Part shown: positions 26,721 through 35,789 of the stretch, piece after piece
Layout of the letters: each line of letters opens with the position of its first letter
Numbering within the stretch: the first letter of the stretch is position 1
Origin: Actinomycetota bacterium
Lineage (GTDB): Bacteria > Actinomycetota > UBA4738 > CALAEC01
Direction of reading: 5' to 3'
Assembly: GCA_035642095.1 (NCBI GenBank)
Contig: DASQTB010000048.1
Span: forward strand, 2,496-66,495
Length of the DNA: 64,000 nucleotides
Made by a program: the position numbers and the translations under genes
The notes under the pieces: model-generated
The model's database searches: none
Seen by the model: only the letters and a program-made list of their open reading frames with translations
What the model was told of the DNA's origin: nothing

Positions 26721-28295
26721 ATGAGTCATCGCTCGAGGCGAGCTCTCTTCGCCGCGCTCGTGCTCGCCGTCACCCTGGTGTCCGCGTCGGTCTCTGGGGC
26801 CTCGGCGGCGGGAAGCAGCGAGGAGAAGAGTTACCTGGTGGTCCTGGAGTCCGGGGATCAAGGTGCCGGCCGGAGGGCCATCGAGAACGCGGGAGGCGAG
26901 CTGATCTCGGTGAACAAGTTGGGCATCGGCCGGGCCGTGTCGAGCAACCCCGCGTTCGTCTCCACGGTTCGATCGACCGGGGTCCTGGCTGCGGTCGGGG
27001 CGGACGGCGGGTTCCACGTCGAGCCACTCGACATCGTCCAGGGACCGGCCCAGGTGCCGGGGCCGGAGATGGCCGGTGACTGCTCCGCTCACTTCGGGGT
27101 CCCCATCGGCGTGGGGCCGGACCAGCTGTCCGCCTGCCAATGGGACATGCGGATCATCCATGCCAGCCCCGGCGGCTCATACTCCGAGAACCGCGGCGAT
27201 GGGGTGACGGTGGGGATCATCGACACGGGCGTGGACTTCACCCATCCGGACATCGCCCCGAACCTCGACCTGGGCCTCTCCTGCTCGTTCATCACCCCGA
27301 CGAACCCCGCGGCCATTCCGCAGGACATCGATCCGACCGGACAGTGCCTGACGAAGTCGGCCACCCAGGACTTCTTCGGACATGGCACGCACGTGGCCGG
27401 GATCGTGGCCGCCCCGATCAACGGCCTGGGGGTGGCCGGCGTCGCCCCAGAGGCCACCCTGGCCAGCCTGAAGGTGTGCGCCACCGGCGGATTCTGCTTC
27501 ACCAAGGAGGTCACCGACGCGCTGATCTACGCCGGCGACAAGGGGCTGGACATCGTCAACCTGAGCCTGTTCGCCGACCCATTCCTGTTCAACTGCCGGA
27601 ACGAAGCCGATCAGCGGGCCATCGTGGCCTCGATCGGCCGAGCGGCTCAGTACGCCACGCAGCGGGGAGTCGTCGTGGTCGCGTCGGCCGGGAACGAGGC
27701 CACCGACCTGGGTCACCCCGAGACGGACGAGATCAGCCCGGACTTCCCCCCGGGCTCTGAGGAGACCCGGGATGTGGGGAACCAGTGCATCGTCCTCCCC
27801 GCCGAGCTGCCCTCGGTGGCCACGGTCTCTGCCATCGGGCCCCAGGGAAAGCTGTCCTTCTATTCGAACTATGGGAACGCCGCGGTCGACGTAACGGCAC
27901 CCGGTGGATCCTCCGGCCAGGCCCCCAACCCGTTCGGGCGGGTCCTCAATGCCTGGGGATCGGAGGCACCGCCGCTGAGCACGGTGAACCGGCGGCTGGT
28001 GGAGGACTGCGCGGTGGTGGATGGCCAGAACGTGTGCGCCCTGTACGGCTGGATCCAGGGCACGTCCATGGCGGCGCCACACGCTTCCGGCGTGGCGGCG
28101 CTGATCCGCTCGGCGTATCCGGACCTCCCGGCGTTGGCCGTGATCGCCCGCATGCAGAGCACCGCCATGACGATGGTGTGCGAGGAGGTGCAGGATCCGC
28201 TGACCGATCCGCCGAAGGACTGCACCGGCGGCCCTGGCCACACCAACTTCTACGGCAGCGGGCTGGTGGACGCCCTGGCGGCCGGACAGGCGTAG
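26721..28295 (+). CDS. secreted subtilisin-like serine protease (peptidase S8) with I9 propeptide
   Basis: RBS GGGAGGAGG. Signal peptide. Catalytic triad contexts DTGVDFTHPD, HGTHVAGIV and GTSMAAPHASG. Confidence 0.85.
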   Translation: MSHRSRRALFAALVLAVTLVSASVSGASAAGSSEEKSYLVVLESGDQGAGRRAIENAGGELISVNKLGIGRAVSSNPAFVSTVRSTGVLAAVGADGGFHVEPLDIVQGPAQVPGPEMAGDCSAHFGVPIGVGPDQLSACQWDMRIIHASPGGSYSENRGDGVTVGIIDTGVDFTHPDIAPNLDLGLSCSFITPTNPAAIPQDIDPTGQCLTKSATQDFFGHGTHVAGIVAAPINGLGVAGVAPEATLASLKVCATGGFCFTKEVTDALIYAGDKGLDIVNLSLFADPFLFNCRNEADQRAIVASIGRAAQYATQRGVVVVASAGNEATDLGHPETDEISPDFPPGSEETRDVGNQCIVLPAELPSVATVSAIGPQGKLSFYSNYGNAAVDVTAPGGSSGQAPNPFGRVLNAWGSEAPPLSTVNRRLVEDCAVVDGQNVCALYGWIQGTSMAAPHASGVAALIRSAYPDLPALAVIARMQSTAMTMVCEEVQDPLTDPPKDCTGGPGHTNFYGSGLVDALAAGQA

Positions 28296-28313
28296 GGCTC
28301 ACCACCGAAGGGA

Positions 28314-28335
28314 AGGGGCCGGCATCCGCCGGCCC
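28314..28335 (+). terminator. GC-rich hairpin after the protease gene (putative intrinsic terminator)
   Basis: Perfect inverted repeat GGGGCCGG-catccg-CCGGCCCC 20 nt after the stop. No T-tract, as is common in high-GC genomes. Confidence 0.4.
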
Positions 28336-28376
28336 CTGGCCCGACCTCGGCCAGGTCCGATTGGTACGATCCGGAC

Positions 28377-29129
28377 GTGCCGCTGTACAAGGAACAGGGG
28401 ATCGTCCTGGGCGCGGTCAAGCTCGCGGAGGCCGACAAGATCGTGACCATCCTCACCCAGGGCGAGGGGAAGGTCCGAGCGGTGGCGAAGGGGATCCGCC
28501 GGACCACGTCGAGGTTCGGAGCCCGGCTGGAGCCGTTCACCCACGTCAACCTGATGCTCTACCGGGGCCGGTCCCTCGATACAGTGACTCAGGCCGAGAT
28601 CCTCAGCCCGTTTCGCCCGATCCGCGACGACTTCGGTCTGTTCTCGGCGGGCGAGACGATGCTCGAGTCCGTGGACAAGGTGGCCGAGGAGCACGAGCGC
28701 AACGTCCGCCTGTTCCTTCTTCTGCTCCAGGGCCTCCGGGCACTGGAGACCCGGCCGGCGGATCCCGCCGCGGTGGCCGAGGCCTTCCTAGTCCGGGTGC
28801 TGGGGCTGTCGGGCTTCGCTCCGGCGTTCTCCGCGTGCGCGGTGTGCGGCGACACGTCCGTCGGCCGGTTCTCGGCCTCGCAGGGGGGAGCGGTGTGCGA
28901 CGGATGCCGGGACCGGGACGCCCGCCGGGCCAATCCTGCCGCGCTGACCTGGTTGAACGGCCTGGTGGGGGGCGATCTGGCCGCCGCCGGACAGGGTCCC
29001 ATCGTCCCGGAGGTCCGCGGCGAGGCCCGGGCGCTGCTGTTCGGGTTCAGCGAGTACCACCTCGACCGCCGGATCCGGAGCCTCCCGCTCCTGGCTCGGT
29101 CGGCCCGCCCCGCGCCGGCGCCGTCATGA
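28377..29129 (+). CDS. recO: DNA repair protein RecO
   Basis: N-terminal OB fold (GIVLGAVKLAEADKIVTILT...GKVRAVAKGIRR). C-terminal Cys cluster (CAVCGDT...CDGC). Confidence 0.8.
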   Translation: MPLYKEQGIVLGAVKLAEADKIVTILTQGEGKVRAVAKGIRRTTSRFGARLEPFTHVNLMLYRGRSLDTVTQAEILSPFRPIRDDFGLFSAGETMLESVDKVAEEHERNVRLFLLLLQGLRALETRPADPAAVAEAFLVRVLGLSGFAPAFSACAVCGDTSVGRFSASQGGAVCDGCRDRDARRANPAALTWLNGLVGGDLAAAGQGPIVPEVRGEARALLFGFSEYHLDRRIRSLPLLARSARPAPAPS

Positions 29130-29857
29130 GCTTCCTCTCGGACCTGGACCGGTCGAGGATCCCCCGCCACGTGGCCATCATCATGGACGGCAACGGCCGG
29201 TGGGCCGCCCAGCGGGGCCTGGCCAGAACGAAGGGTCATGAGCAGGGTGAGCGAGCGCTGTACGACGTGGTCGAGGGGGGGCTGGAGATCGGTCTGCCGT
29301 TCCTCACCGTCTACGCGTTCTCCACCGAGAACTGGGATCGCCCCCGGTCGGAGGTCCGATTCCTCATGAACTTCAACCGTACGCTGATCCGGGCCCGTCG
29401 CGACGAGTTGAACGAGCGCGGCGTGAGGATCGTCTTCCTGGGCCGCCGCGACTGGCGCCTGCCCCGTTCGGTCCGGCGGGAGATGGAGGCCGCGGAACGG
29501 CTGACCGCGGGCAACACGAAGATGACGCTGGTAATCGCCCTCAACTATGGGGGCAGGACCGAGGTCGTCGACGCGGTCAGGCGACTCCTGGCGGACCACG
29601 ATGACGGCCGGCTGCGGGGGGAACGCATCGGGCCGAGGAGCATCTCCCGGCGCCTGTACCTCCCGGAGATCCCCGAGCCGGATCTCCTGATCCGAACATC
29701 GGGGGAGATGCGCACGTCGAACTTCCTCCTCTGGCAGGCGACCTACGCGGAGCTATGGTTCACCCCCGTCCTGTGGCCCGACTTCGGCCGGGAGCAGCTC
29801 TTCGAGGCGATCCGGGACTTCCAGAAACGGGACCGCCGGTTCGGGCGGGTGGAGTGA
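29126..29857 (+). CDS. uppS: undecaprenyl-diphosphate synthase (cis-isoprenyl transferase)
   Basis: ATG overlaps the recO stop (ATGA). Motifs HVAIIMDGNGRWA, YAFSTENW and RTSGEMRTSNFLLWQ. Confidence 0.9.
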   Translation: MSFLSDLDRSRIPRHVAIIMDGNGRWAAQRGLARTKGHEQGERALYDVVEGGLEIGLPFLTVYAFSTENWDRPRSEVRFLMNFNRTLIRARRDELNERGVRIVFLGRRDWRLPRSVRREMEAAERLTAGNTKMTLVIALNYGGRTEVVDAVRRLLADHDDGRLRGERIGPRSISRRLYLPEIPEPDLLIRTSGEMRTSNFLLWQATYAELWFTPVLWPDFGREQLFEAIRDFQKRDRRFGRVE

Positions 29858-30318
29858 TGCGGTACTTCGCGTATGGCTCGAACATGGACGCTCGGACCAT
29901 GCAGCGGTCCGTTCCCGAGGCCTCGCTGGTGGGACCCGGTCGGCTGGAGGGTTTCCGGCTGGAGTTCAACGTGTACTCCGACCGCTGGGAGGGTGGGGCG
30001 GCCAACCTGGAGCCCGATGAGGACGGGCACCTGTGGGGCGTGGTGTGGGACATCCCCGAGGATGCCCTGGAGCGTCTGGACACGTTCATCGGCCATCCGA
30101 CGTTCTACCGGAGGGAGGGCGTCTCGGTCGTGGTCCCGTCCGGCGAACCAACGGAGTGCGTGACCTATCGGGTGGCGCACCAGAGGGGGTACGTCCGACC
30201 CACCGCACAGTACCTGGCCCGGCTGCGAGGTGCCGTGCGAACCCAGGGCCTTCCGCCCGAAGCGCTCGACATCATCGAGTCGGCGGCCAGCCCCCCCCAG
30301 CCCCACATATCGACGTAG
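29857..30318 (+). CDS. gamma-glutamylcyclotransferase (AIG2-like) family protein
   Basis: ATG overlaps the uppS stop (TGATG). N-terminal signature YFAYGSNM. About 150 aa. Confidence 0.7.
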   Translation: MRYFAYGSNMDARTMQRSVPEASLVGPGRLEGFRLEFNVYSDRWEGGAANLEPDEDGHLWGVVWDIPEDALERLDTFIGHPTFYRREGVSVVVPSGEPTECVTYRVAHQRGYVRPTAQYLARLRGAVRTQGLPPEALDIIESAASPPQPHIST

Positions 30319-30319
30319 G

Positions 30320-31426
30320 ATGGTCCGCCTCCGCTGGGAGCAGGTACGGCGGTGGCGTGTGGCTCGGCATCACCTCGACCGGCGCGCGCCGAAGGGGCGG
30401 CTGGTGGAGGTGGTCAGCGAGGTGTGCGGCCTCCAGGGCCAGGCGCAGTCCGCCGCGGAACTCCAGCTGTGGGCCCGAGTCGAGGGGGTCACGGCGGAGA
30501 ACGTTCGCCAGGCGCTGTGGGAACGGCGGATCCTCATCCGGACGTGGGCCCAGCGGGGCACGCTTCACCTCCATGCCGCCGCCGACTGGCCGGTCTACGC
30601 CGCCGCCCTGGGAACCCACGACCGCTGGTGGAAGGGGGCGTGGCTCCGGATGATCGGCATGAGCGCCGAGGAGCTCCGCCGGACCCTGGACGCGATCCGG
30701 GACTCGCTCGGCGCCCGGCCCCTCACCCGCGAGCAGCTCGCCGACAAGGTCGCCGCCCGCGGCGGGTCCGGGTCCCGGGAGCGGATGCTGTCCGGCTGGG
30801 GAGAGATGCTCAAGCCGGCGTCGTTCGAGGGAGCGCTGATCTCCGGACCGGCGAAGGGACGGAGCGTGACGTTCGTCCGTCCGGACGGTGGCTGAAGGGC
30901 TGGAACCCGGTGGACGGCGAGGAGGCCATGCGCGAGGTGCTCCGGCGGTATCTGGCCGCCTACGGACCGTCGACCCGAGAGGAGTTCGCCGCGTGGTGGG
31001 GCACCCAGCCCGCCCCCGCCGGACGGGTCCTGGCCTCGATGCCGGACGGGGGGCTGGAACAGGTCCACGTGGCCGGACGACGTGGGCCCGGTCGGCCGCC
31101 GTCCCGGCGATGAGAGCGAAGCCCGGAAGGAGCCCGGTCGTGCTGCTCCCGGCGTTCGACGTCTACACGGTCGGCTTCCGGCACCGGGAGCAGCTCGTCG
31201 AGGGGCGACACGGCAAGCGGGTGTTCCGCCAGGCGGGATGGATCTCCCCGTGGTGCTGATCGACGGTCGGGCCGCCGGGGTGTGGTCCCACGAGCGGAAC
31301 GGCGGGACCATCGAGGTGACCGTCGAGATGCTCGGGCGGCCGACGGCCGCCCAGAAGAAGGCGATCGCCGGGGAGGCGGATCGGTTGGGCGCATTCCTCG
31401 AGGGGCCGGTTCGGGTGTCGATGTAG
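30320..31426 (+). pseudogene. winged-helix DNA glycosylase YcaQ-family (DUF1006) gene disrupted by three -1 frameshifts
   Basis: The homologous reading passes through frame 2 (30320..30895), frame 1 (to ~31090), frame 0 (SPVVLLPAFDVYTVGFRHREQL, to ~31258) and frame 2 (PVVLIDGRAAGVWSHERNGGTIEV, to 31426). Confidence 0.6.
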
Positions 31427-31435
31427 GCTCGATCG

Positions 31436-31951
31436 ATGGGCCGGCTGACCGAGGAGATGAAGCGGGTGATTCGCGAGCAGCGGCTGGCCCACGTGGCCAC
31501 CGTCCGCCCCGACGGCACCCCCAACCTGTCGCCGAAGGCCACCACCACCGTGTGGGACGACGACCACCTGATCTTCGCCGACCTCCGCTCGCCCGGCACG
31601 GTGGCGAACATCCGACAGAACCCGTCGGTGGAGGTCAACGTAGTCGATCCGTTCCTCCGCAAGGGATACCGGTTCCGGGGCACGGCCGAGGTGTTCACCG
31701 AGGGAGCGTTCTTCCAGGAAGCCGTCGGCTTCTTCGGACGGGGAGCGGACGCGGTGGAACGCCCTGAAGAGCGGATCCACAGCATCGTCCTGATCGAGGT
31801 GGATCGAGCGCTGCCGCTGCTGTCGCCGGCGTACGAGCTGGGCCCCACCGAGGAGGAGGTGCTGGCCTTCTGGAAGCGGTACTACGGCTCGCTCCAGCGC
31901 CCCCCCTCGCCGAGCCCCGCTACCGGGTCCGAGCCGGGAGCTTCGTTCTGA
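31436..31951 (+). CDS. pyridoxamine 5'-phosphate oxidase family (FMN/F420-binding split-barrel) protein
   Basis: Signature LAHVATVRPDGTPNLSP...FADL...RQNPSVEVNVVDP. Confidence 0.7.
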   Translation: MGRLTEEMKRVIREQRLAHVATVRPDGTPNLSPKATTTVWDDDHLIFADLRSPGTVANIRQNPSVEVNVVDPFLRKGYRFRGTAEVFTEGAFFQEAVGFFGRGADAVERPEERIHSIVLIEVDRALPLLSPAYELGPTEEEVLAFWKRYYGSLQRPPSPSPATGSEPGASF

Positions 31952-31995
31952 GGGGCCTGCCCCGACTGTACGGGGATCTCGCTCGGTGGTTCCCG

Positions 31996-32685
31996 TTGAT
32001 CACCGCTCCGGAAGAGTACGCGGACGAGGCGGAGATGTACCGACAAATCCTTGTCGAGGCGGTCGGCGGGCCGATCGACACCGTCCTTGAGCTGGGCAGC
32101 GGCGGAGGGAACAACGCGTCCCACCTGAAGCGGCACTTCTCGATGACGCTGACGGATCTGTCGCCCGACATGCTGGCCGTCAGCCGATCTCTGAACCCGG
32201 AGTGCGAGCACGTCCAGGGAGACATGCGGACCCTGCGGCTGGGCCGTCAGTTCGATGCCGTGTTCGCCCACGACGCGATCGACTACATGACCAAGGCCGC
32301 CGATCTCCGAGCGGCCATCGGCACGGCCTTCGCCCACTGCCGGCCGGGGGGCGTGGCCCTGTTCGTCCCGGACGAGATCAAGGAGCGGTTCCGACCCCGG
32401 ACCGATCACGGGGGCAACGACGACGGGGAACGGGGGGCCCGGTATCTGGAATGGACGTGGGACCCCGATCCTCATGACGACACCTACCTGGTGGACTTCG
32501 CCTATCTCCTCCGGGACGGCCTGGACGTGACCGTGGAGCACGACCGCCACGTCTGCGGGGTGTTCCCCCGGGCTCTGTGGCTCGACCTCCTTTCGGAGGC
32601 GGGGTTCCGGGCCCAGAGCCGGACCATCCATCGCGTCGACCAGGAGGTCGGGTCGGAGGGGTTCATCGCGGTCCGGCCGGGCTGA
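31996..32685 (+). CDS. class I SAM-dependent methyltransferase
   Basis: Motif I VLELGSGGGN. Motif post-I DAVFAHDAIDYM. Confidence 0.75.
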   Translation: MITAPEEYADEAEMYRQILVEAVGGPIDTVLELGSGGGNNASHLKRHFSMTLTDLSPDMLAVSRSLNPECEHVQGDMRTLRLGRQFDAVFAHDAIDYMTKAADLRAAIGTAFAHCRPGGVALFVPDEIKERFRPRTDHGGNDDGERGARYLEWTWDPDPHDDTYLVDFAYLLRDGLDVTVEHDRHVCGVFPRALWLDLLSEAGFRAQSRTIHRVDQEVGSEGFIAVRPG

Positions 32686-32743
32686 ACCTTCCGGCCGGCG
32701 GCCCTCATCCTGCTCTCATCTCCCACGATCTACGCTGTTCGGA

Positions 32744-33415
32744 ATGCGTGTGCTCGTGGTCGAGGACGATGCCCGGATGGCCGAGCTCCTCCGGAGGGGG
32801 CTCCAGGAGGAAGGATACGCGGTCGATGTGGTCTCCACCGGCGAGGAAGGCGTGTGGCTGGGGACGGAGAACGACTACGACGCCGTGGTCCTGGACGTGA
32901 TGCTCCCCGACGGCGACGGCTTCGAGGTGTGCCGGCGGCTCCGGCAGGCCGACCGATGGGCCCCGGTGATGATGCTCACGGCCCGCGACGCAGTGCCGGA
33001 CCGGGTGGCCGGGCTCGACGCCGGAGCGGACGACTACCTGACGAAGCCGTTCTCTTTCCAGGAGCTGTTCGCTCGGGTCCGGGCCCTGGTCCGCAGGGGA
33101 GTGGGGGAGCGGCCGGCCGTCCTGGAGGTGGGAGACTTGAGGTTGGATCCGGCCACCCGGCGCGTGCATCGAGGGGATGAGGAGCTCTCGTTGACCGCTA
33201 AGGAAGCCGCCCTCCTGGAGTACTTCCTGCGCCATCCCGGAGAGGTGCTCACCAGGGCTCAGATCATCGAGCACGTGTGGGACTTCGCCTACGACGGCGG
33301 CTCGAACGTGGTCGACGTGTACGTCCGGTACCTCAGGGAGAAGGTCGACCGGCCGTTCGGGCATCGGTCGATCGAGACGGTCCGTGGCGCGGGGTACCGC
33401 CTCCGGGAGGGGTAA
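32744..33415 (+). CDS. OmpR-family two-component response regulator
   Basis: Receiver domain (VLVVEDD...LDVMLPDGDGF...TARD). winged-helix C-terminus (GYRL). MprA/CutR-like. Confidence 0.9.
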   Translation: MRVLVVEDDARMAELLRRGLQEEGYAVDVVSTGEEGVWLGTENDYDAVVLDVMLPDGDGFEVCRRLRQADRWAPVMMLTARDAVPDRVAGLDAGADDYLTKPFSFQELFARVRALVRRGVGERPAVLEVGDLRLDPATRRVHRGDEELSLTAKEAALLEYFLRHPGEVLTRAQIIEHVWDFAYDGGSNVVDVYVRYLREKVDRPFGHRSIETVRGAGYRLREG

Positions 33416-33418
33416 GGG

Positions 33419-34774
33419 ATGCCGATCCGCGTTCGTCTCACGCTGGTCTTCCTGGTAGCTATGGCCGCCGTCATGCTGGCCACGGGGGTCTTCCTGACCC
33501 TTCGGCTCCGAGCGGAGCTCGAGAACGCTGTCGATGCGGGGCTCCGGTCCCGGGCCGAGACGCTCCTCGCCGCCCTCGACCCCGCCGACCCCAGCCTCGG
33601 ACCGGTGGACCCGCTGGCCGAGGAGGACGAGGCCTTCACCCAGCTCCTAGCCGAGAACGGCACCGTGGTCGAGTCATCGCCGATCCTGGAGGGCCGTCCC
33701 CTTCTCCCCCCAGCGACGGTGCGGGTCCTGAGCGGGCCGGCGTTCCTGGAACGGACCGTGCCGACCGCGGAGGAGCCCGTCCCGGCTCGGATCCTGGCCC
33801 TGCCTGCAGGCGGCGGTCTGGTCGTCGTGGTGGCGTCGTCGCTCGAGGAGCAGCGCGAGGCCGTGGCCGCCCTGGTGGGACTGCTGGCGGTGGGCGGGCC
33901 CGCGGCACTGACTGTGGCCACGGTGGTCGTATGGCTCCTGACCGGCTGGGCCTTCCGGCCGGTCGAGCGGATGAGGACCGAGGCGGAGGCGGTGTCGATG
34001 TCCGAGCCCGATCGACGGCTGACCGTGCCGAGAACCCGGGACGAGGTGGCCGCCCTGGCCGGGTCGTTGAACCGGATGCTGGACCGGCTGGAGGAGGCCC
34101 TCGATCGGGAGCGCAGGTTCGTCGACGACGCCAGCCACGAGCTCCGAACGCCGGTGGCCGCCCTCAAGGCTGAGCTCGAGCTGGCGTTGTCCAGGTCGAG
34201 GACGAAGGAGGAGCTCGAGGCGGCCGCGCGCCGGGCCGCGGCGGACTCCGAGGCGCTGGCCCGGCTCACCGAGGACCTCCTCGTCCTGGCCCGGGCGGAC
34301 CGGGGCCGGCTGCCGGTCCGGCCGGCGGCCGTGGACCTCGACGAGGTGATGGATCAGGTGGCGCGGGCCCTGTCCCACCGGGCCTCCGAGGCCGGTGTCA
34401 CGGTGGAGCGCCGGGTCGACGCCACACAGCCAGCCCGGGTCGATCCCGTCCGGCTGAGCCAGGCCCTGTCGAACCTTCTGGACAACGCCGTCCGGCACAC
34501 CCCGCCCGGCGGGCGGGTCCGGCTCACCGCCTCGCGGGTCGACGGGGCGGTGGTCCTGGAGGTGGCCGATACCGGTCCGGGGTTCTCCCCCGAGACCCTG
34601 GCCCACCCGTTCGAGCCGTTCGCCCGGGCATCGACGGTCCGCGGCCGCGAGGGGGGCGCCGGCCTGGGGATGGCCATCGTCAGGGCCGTGCTCGAGGCCC
34701 ACGGCGGGTCGGTCACCCTCGACAACCCGGATAGCGGCGGAGCCCGGGTCCGGCTCCGGTTCCCCGGCGCCTAG
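33419..34774 (+). CDS. two-component sensor histidine kinase (2 TM, HAMP, HisKA, HATPase_c)
   Basis: H-box SHELRTP. N, G1 and G2 boxes (NLLDNAVRHT, DTGPG, GGAGLG). Lies 4 nt downstream of the response regulator. Confidence 0.9.
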   Translation: MPIRVRLTLVFLVAMAAVMLATGVFLTLRLRAELENAVDAGLRSRAETLLAALDPADPSLGPVDPLAEEDEAFTQLLAENGTVVESSPILEGRPLLPPATVRVLSGPAFLERTVPTAEEPVPARILALPAGGGLVVVVASSLEEQREAVAALVGLLAVGGPAALTVATVVVWLLTGWAFRPVERMRTEAEAVSMSEPDRRLTVPRTRDEVAALAGSLNRMLDRLEEALDRERRFVDDASHELRTPVAALKAELELALSRSRTKEELEAAARRAAADSEALARLTEDLLVLARADRGRLPVRPAAVDLDEVMDQVARALSHRASEAGVTVERRVDATQPARVDPVRLSQALSNLLDNAVRHTPPGGRVRLTASRVDGAVVLEVADTGPGFSPETLAHPFEPFARASTVRGREGGAGLGMAIVRAVLEAHGGSVTLDNPDSGGARVRLRFPGA

Positions 34775-34812
34775 AGGATTCATCCTCGACTCATCGGGGT
34801 CTCATCGGCCCT

Positions 34813-35043
34813 GTGGCCGCCTGGACGGCGGGGGACGTTCCTCCGATCACCCTGGAGCAGGACATCGTGGTCCGGGAGGGACGGTCCCTGACCGTGACGG
34901 GAGGGTCCTACGACGACGTGATCGTGTTCCGAGAGATCCTGGCCCCGGACGGCGACGTCGAGTTCAAGTACTACGCCCGGGGGACCGGCGTGATCCGGGA
35001 GAAGCCCCCCGACGGCCAGGTCGACCTGATCTCCTGCACCTGA
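34813..35043 (+). CDS. small hypothetical protein (76 aa), possibly a gene remnant
   Basis: GTG-start ORF between the kinase and a convergent HAD gene. No recognisable domain. Confidence 0.2.
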   Translation: MAAWTAGDVPPITLEQDIVVREGRSLTVTGGSYDDVIVFREILAPDGDVEFKYYARGTGVIREKPPDGQVDLISCT

Positions 35044-35049
35044 AGCCGT

Positions 35050-35715
35050 TCAAGTGGGTGGCAAGCCAAGGGCCGCTCGAACCGCCGGATCCTCCAGTGA
35101 TCGGGCGGTGACATCGGCCTCGACCGGCAGGTCGGGGAGATACGGGATGCCGATCACGAACAGGCCGGCCGCTCGGGCGGCCGCGGCGCCGCGGGGCGAG
35201 TCCTCGACGGCGACCGTGGCTTCCGGTGAGGCGCCGAGACGGCGACAGGCCTCCAGATAGAGGTCGGGAGCCGGCTTGGGCCGGGGCACCTCATCGCTGG
35301 CCACGACGGCATCGAAGGCGTCCCCGATGCCGGAGCCGCCCAAGGCCAGCTCGACCAGCTGACGGTGAGAGTTCGAGGCGACCGCCAGGGGCCGCCGGCC
35401 CCTCAGCTCGGCGATCAGGTCGAGGGCCCCGGGCATGGGGTCCAATCGCCCGGCGAACTCCTCGGCCGCCAGCGCGACCAGCTCGGTGATGAGCGCGTTG
35501 GCGCTCCGCCGCCGATCGAGCAGCCCTTCGAGCGCCCGCCCGGTCTCCGGGAGCGACCCGCCGATCAGGAGCCGCTTCGCCTCGGCGCCGTACGTCTTCC
35601 CGTACCGGGAGAAGAGCCTGGTCTCGGCCCGAGTCCAGGCCGCCTCGCTGTCGAGGAGGACCCCGTCGCAGTCGAACACGACCGCCGGCTCGGGGCCCGG
35701 AGGGGAGCGACGCAT
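35050..35715 (-). CDS. HAD-IA family hydrolase (beta-phosphoglucomutase-like)
   Basis: Motif I VVFDCDGVLLDSE. Motif III/IV near the C-terminus (DSPRGAAAARAAG). Confidence 0.75.
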   Translation of the reverse strand: MRRSPPGPEPAVVFDCDGVLLDSEAAWTRAETRLFSRYGKTYGAEAKRLLIGGSLPETGRALEGLLDRRRSANALITELVALAAEEFAGRLDPMPGALDLIAELRGRRPLAVASNSHRQLVELALGGSGIGDAFDAVVASDEVPRPKPAPDLYLEACRRLGASPEATVAVEDSPRGAAAARAAGLFVIGIPYLPDLPVEADVTARSLEDPAVRAALGLPPT

Positions 35716-35789
35716 CGACGCAGGATACGCGGAGGTAGGATGGTCGCACGCCAGCGGCCGCAGCCGGCGGCCGGGAAAGGAGCCTCACG

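Noticed and set aside
27785-29857. 690-aa ORF spanning the recO region
   Set aside because: Chimeric: the upstream part is an out-of-frame read through the protease 3' end and recO. Only the in-frame segment from ATG 29126 (uppS) is real.
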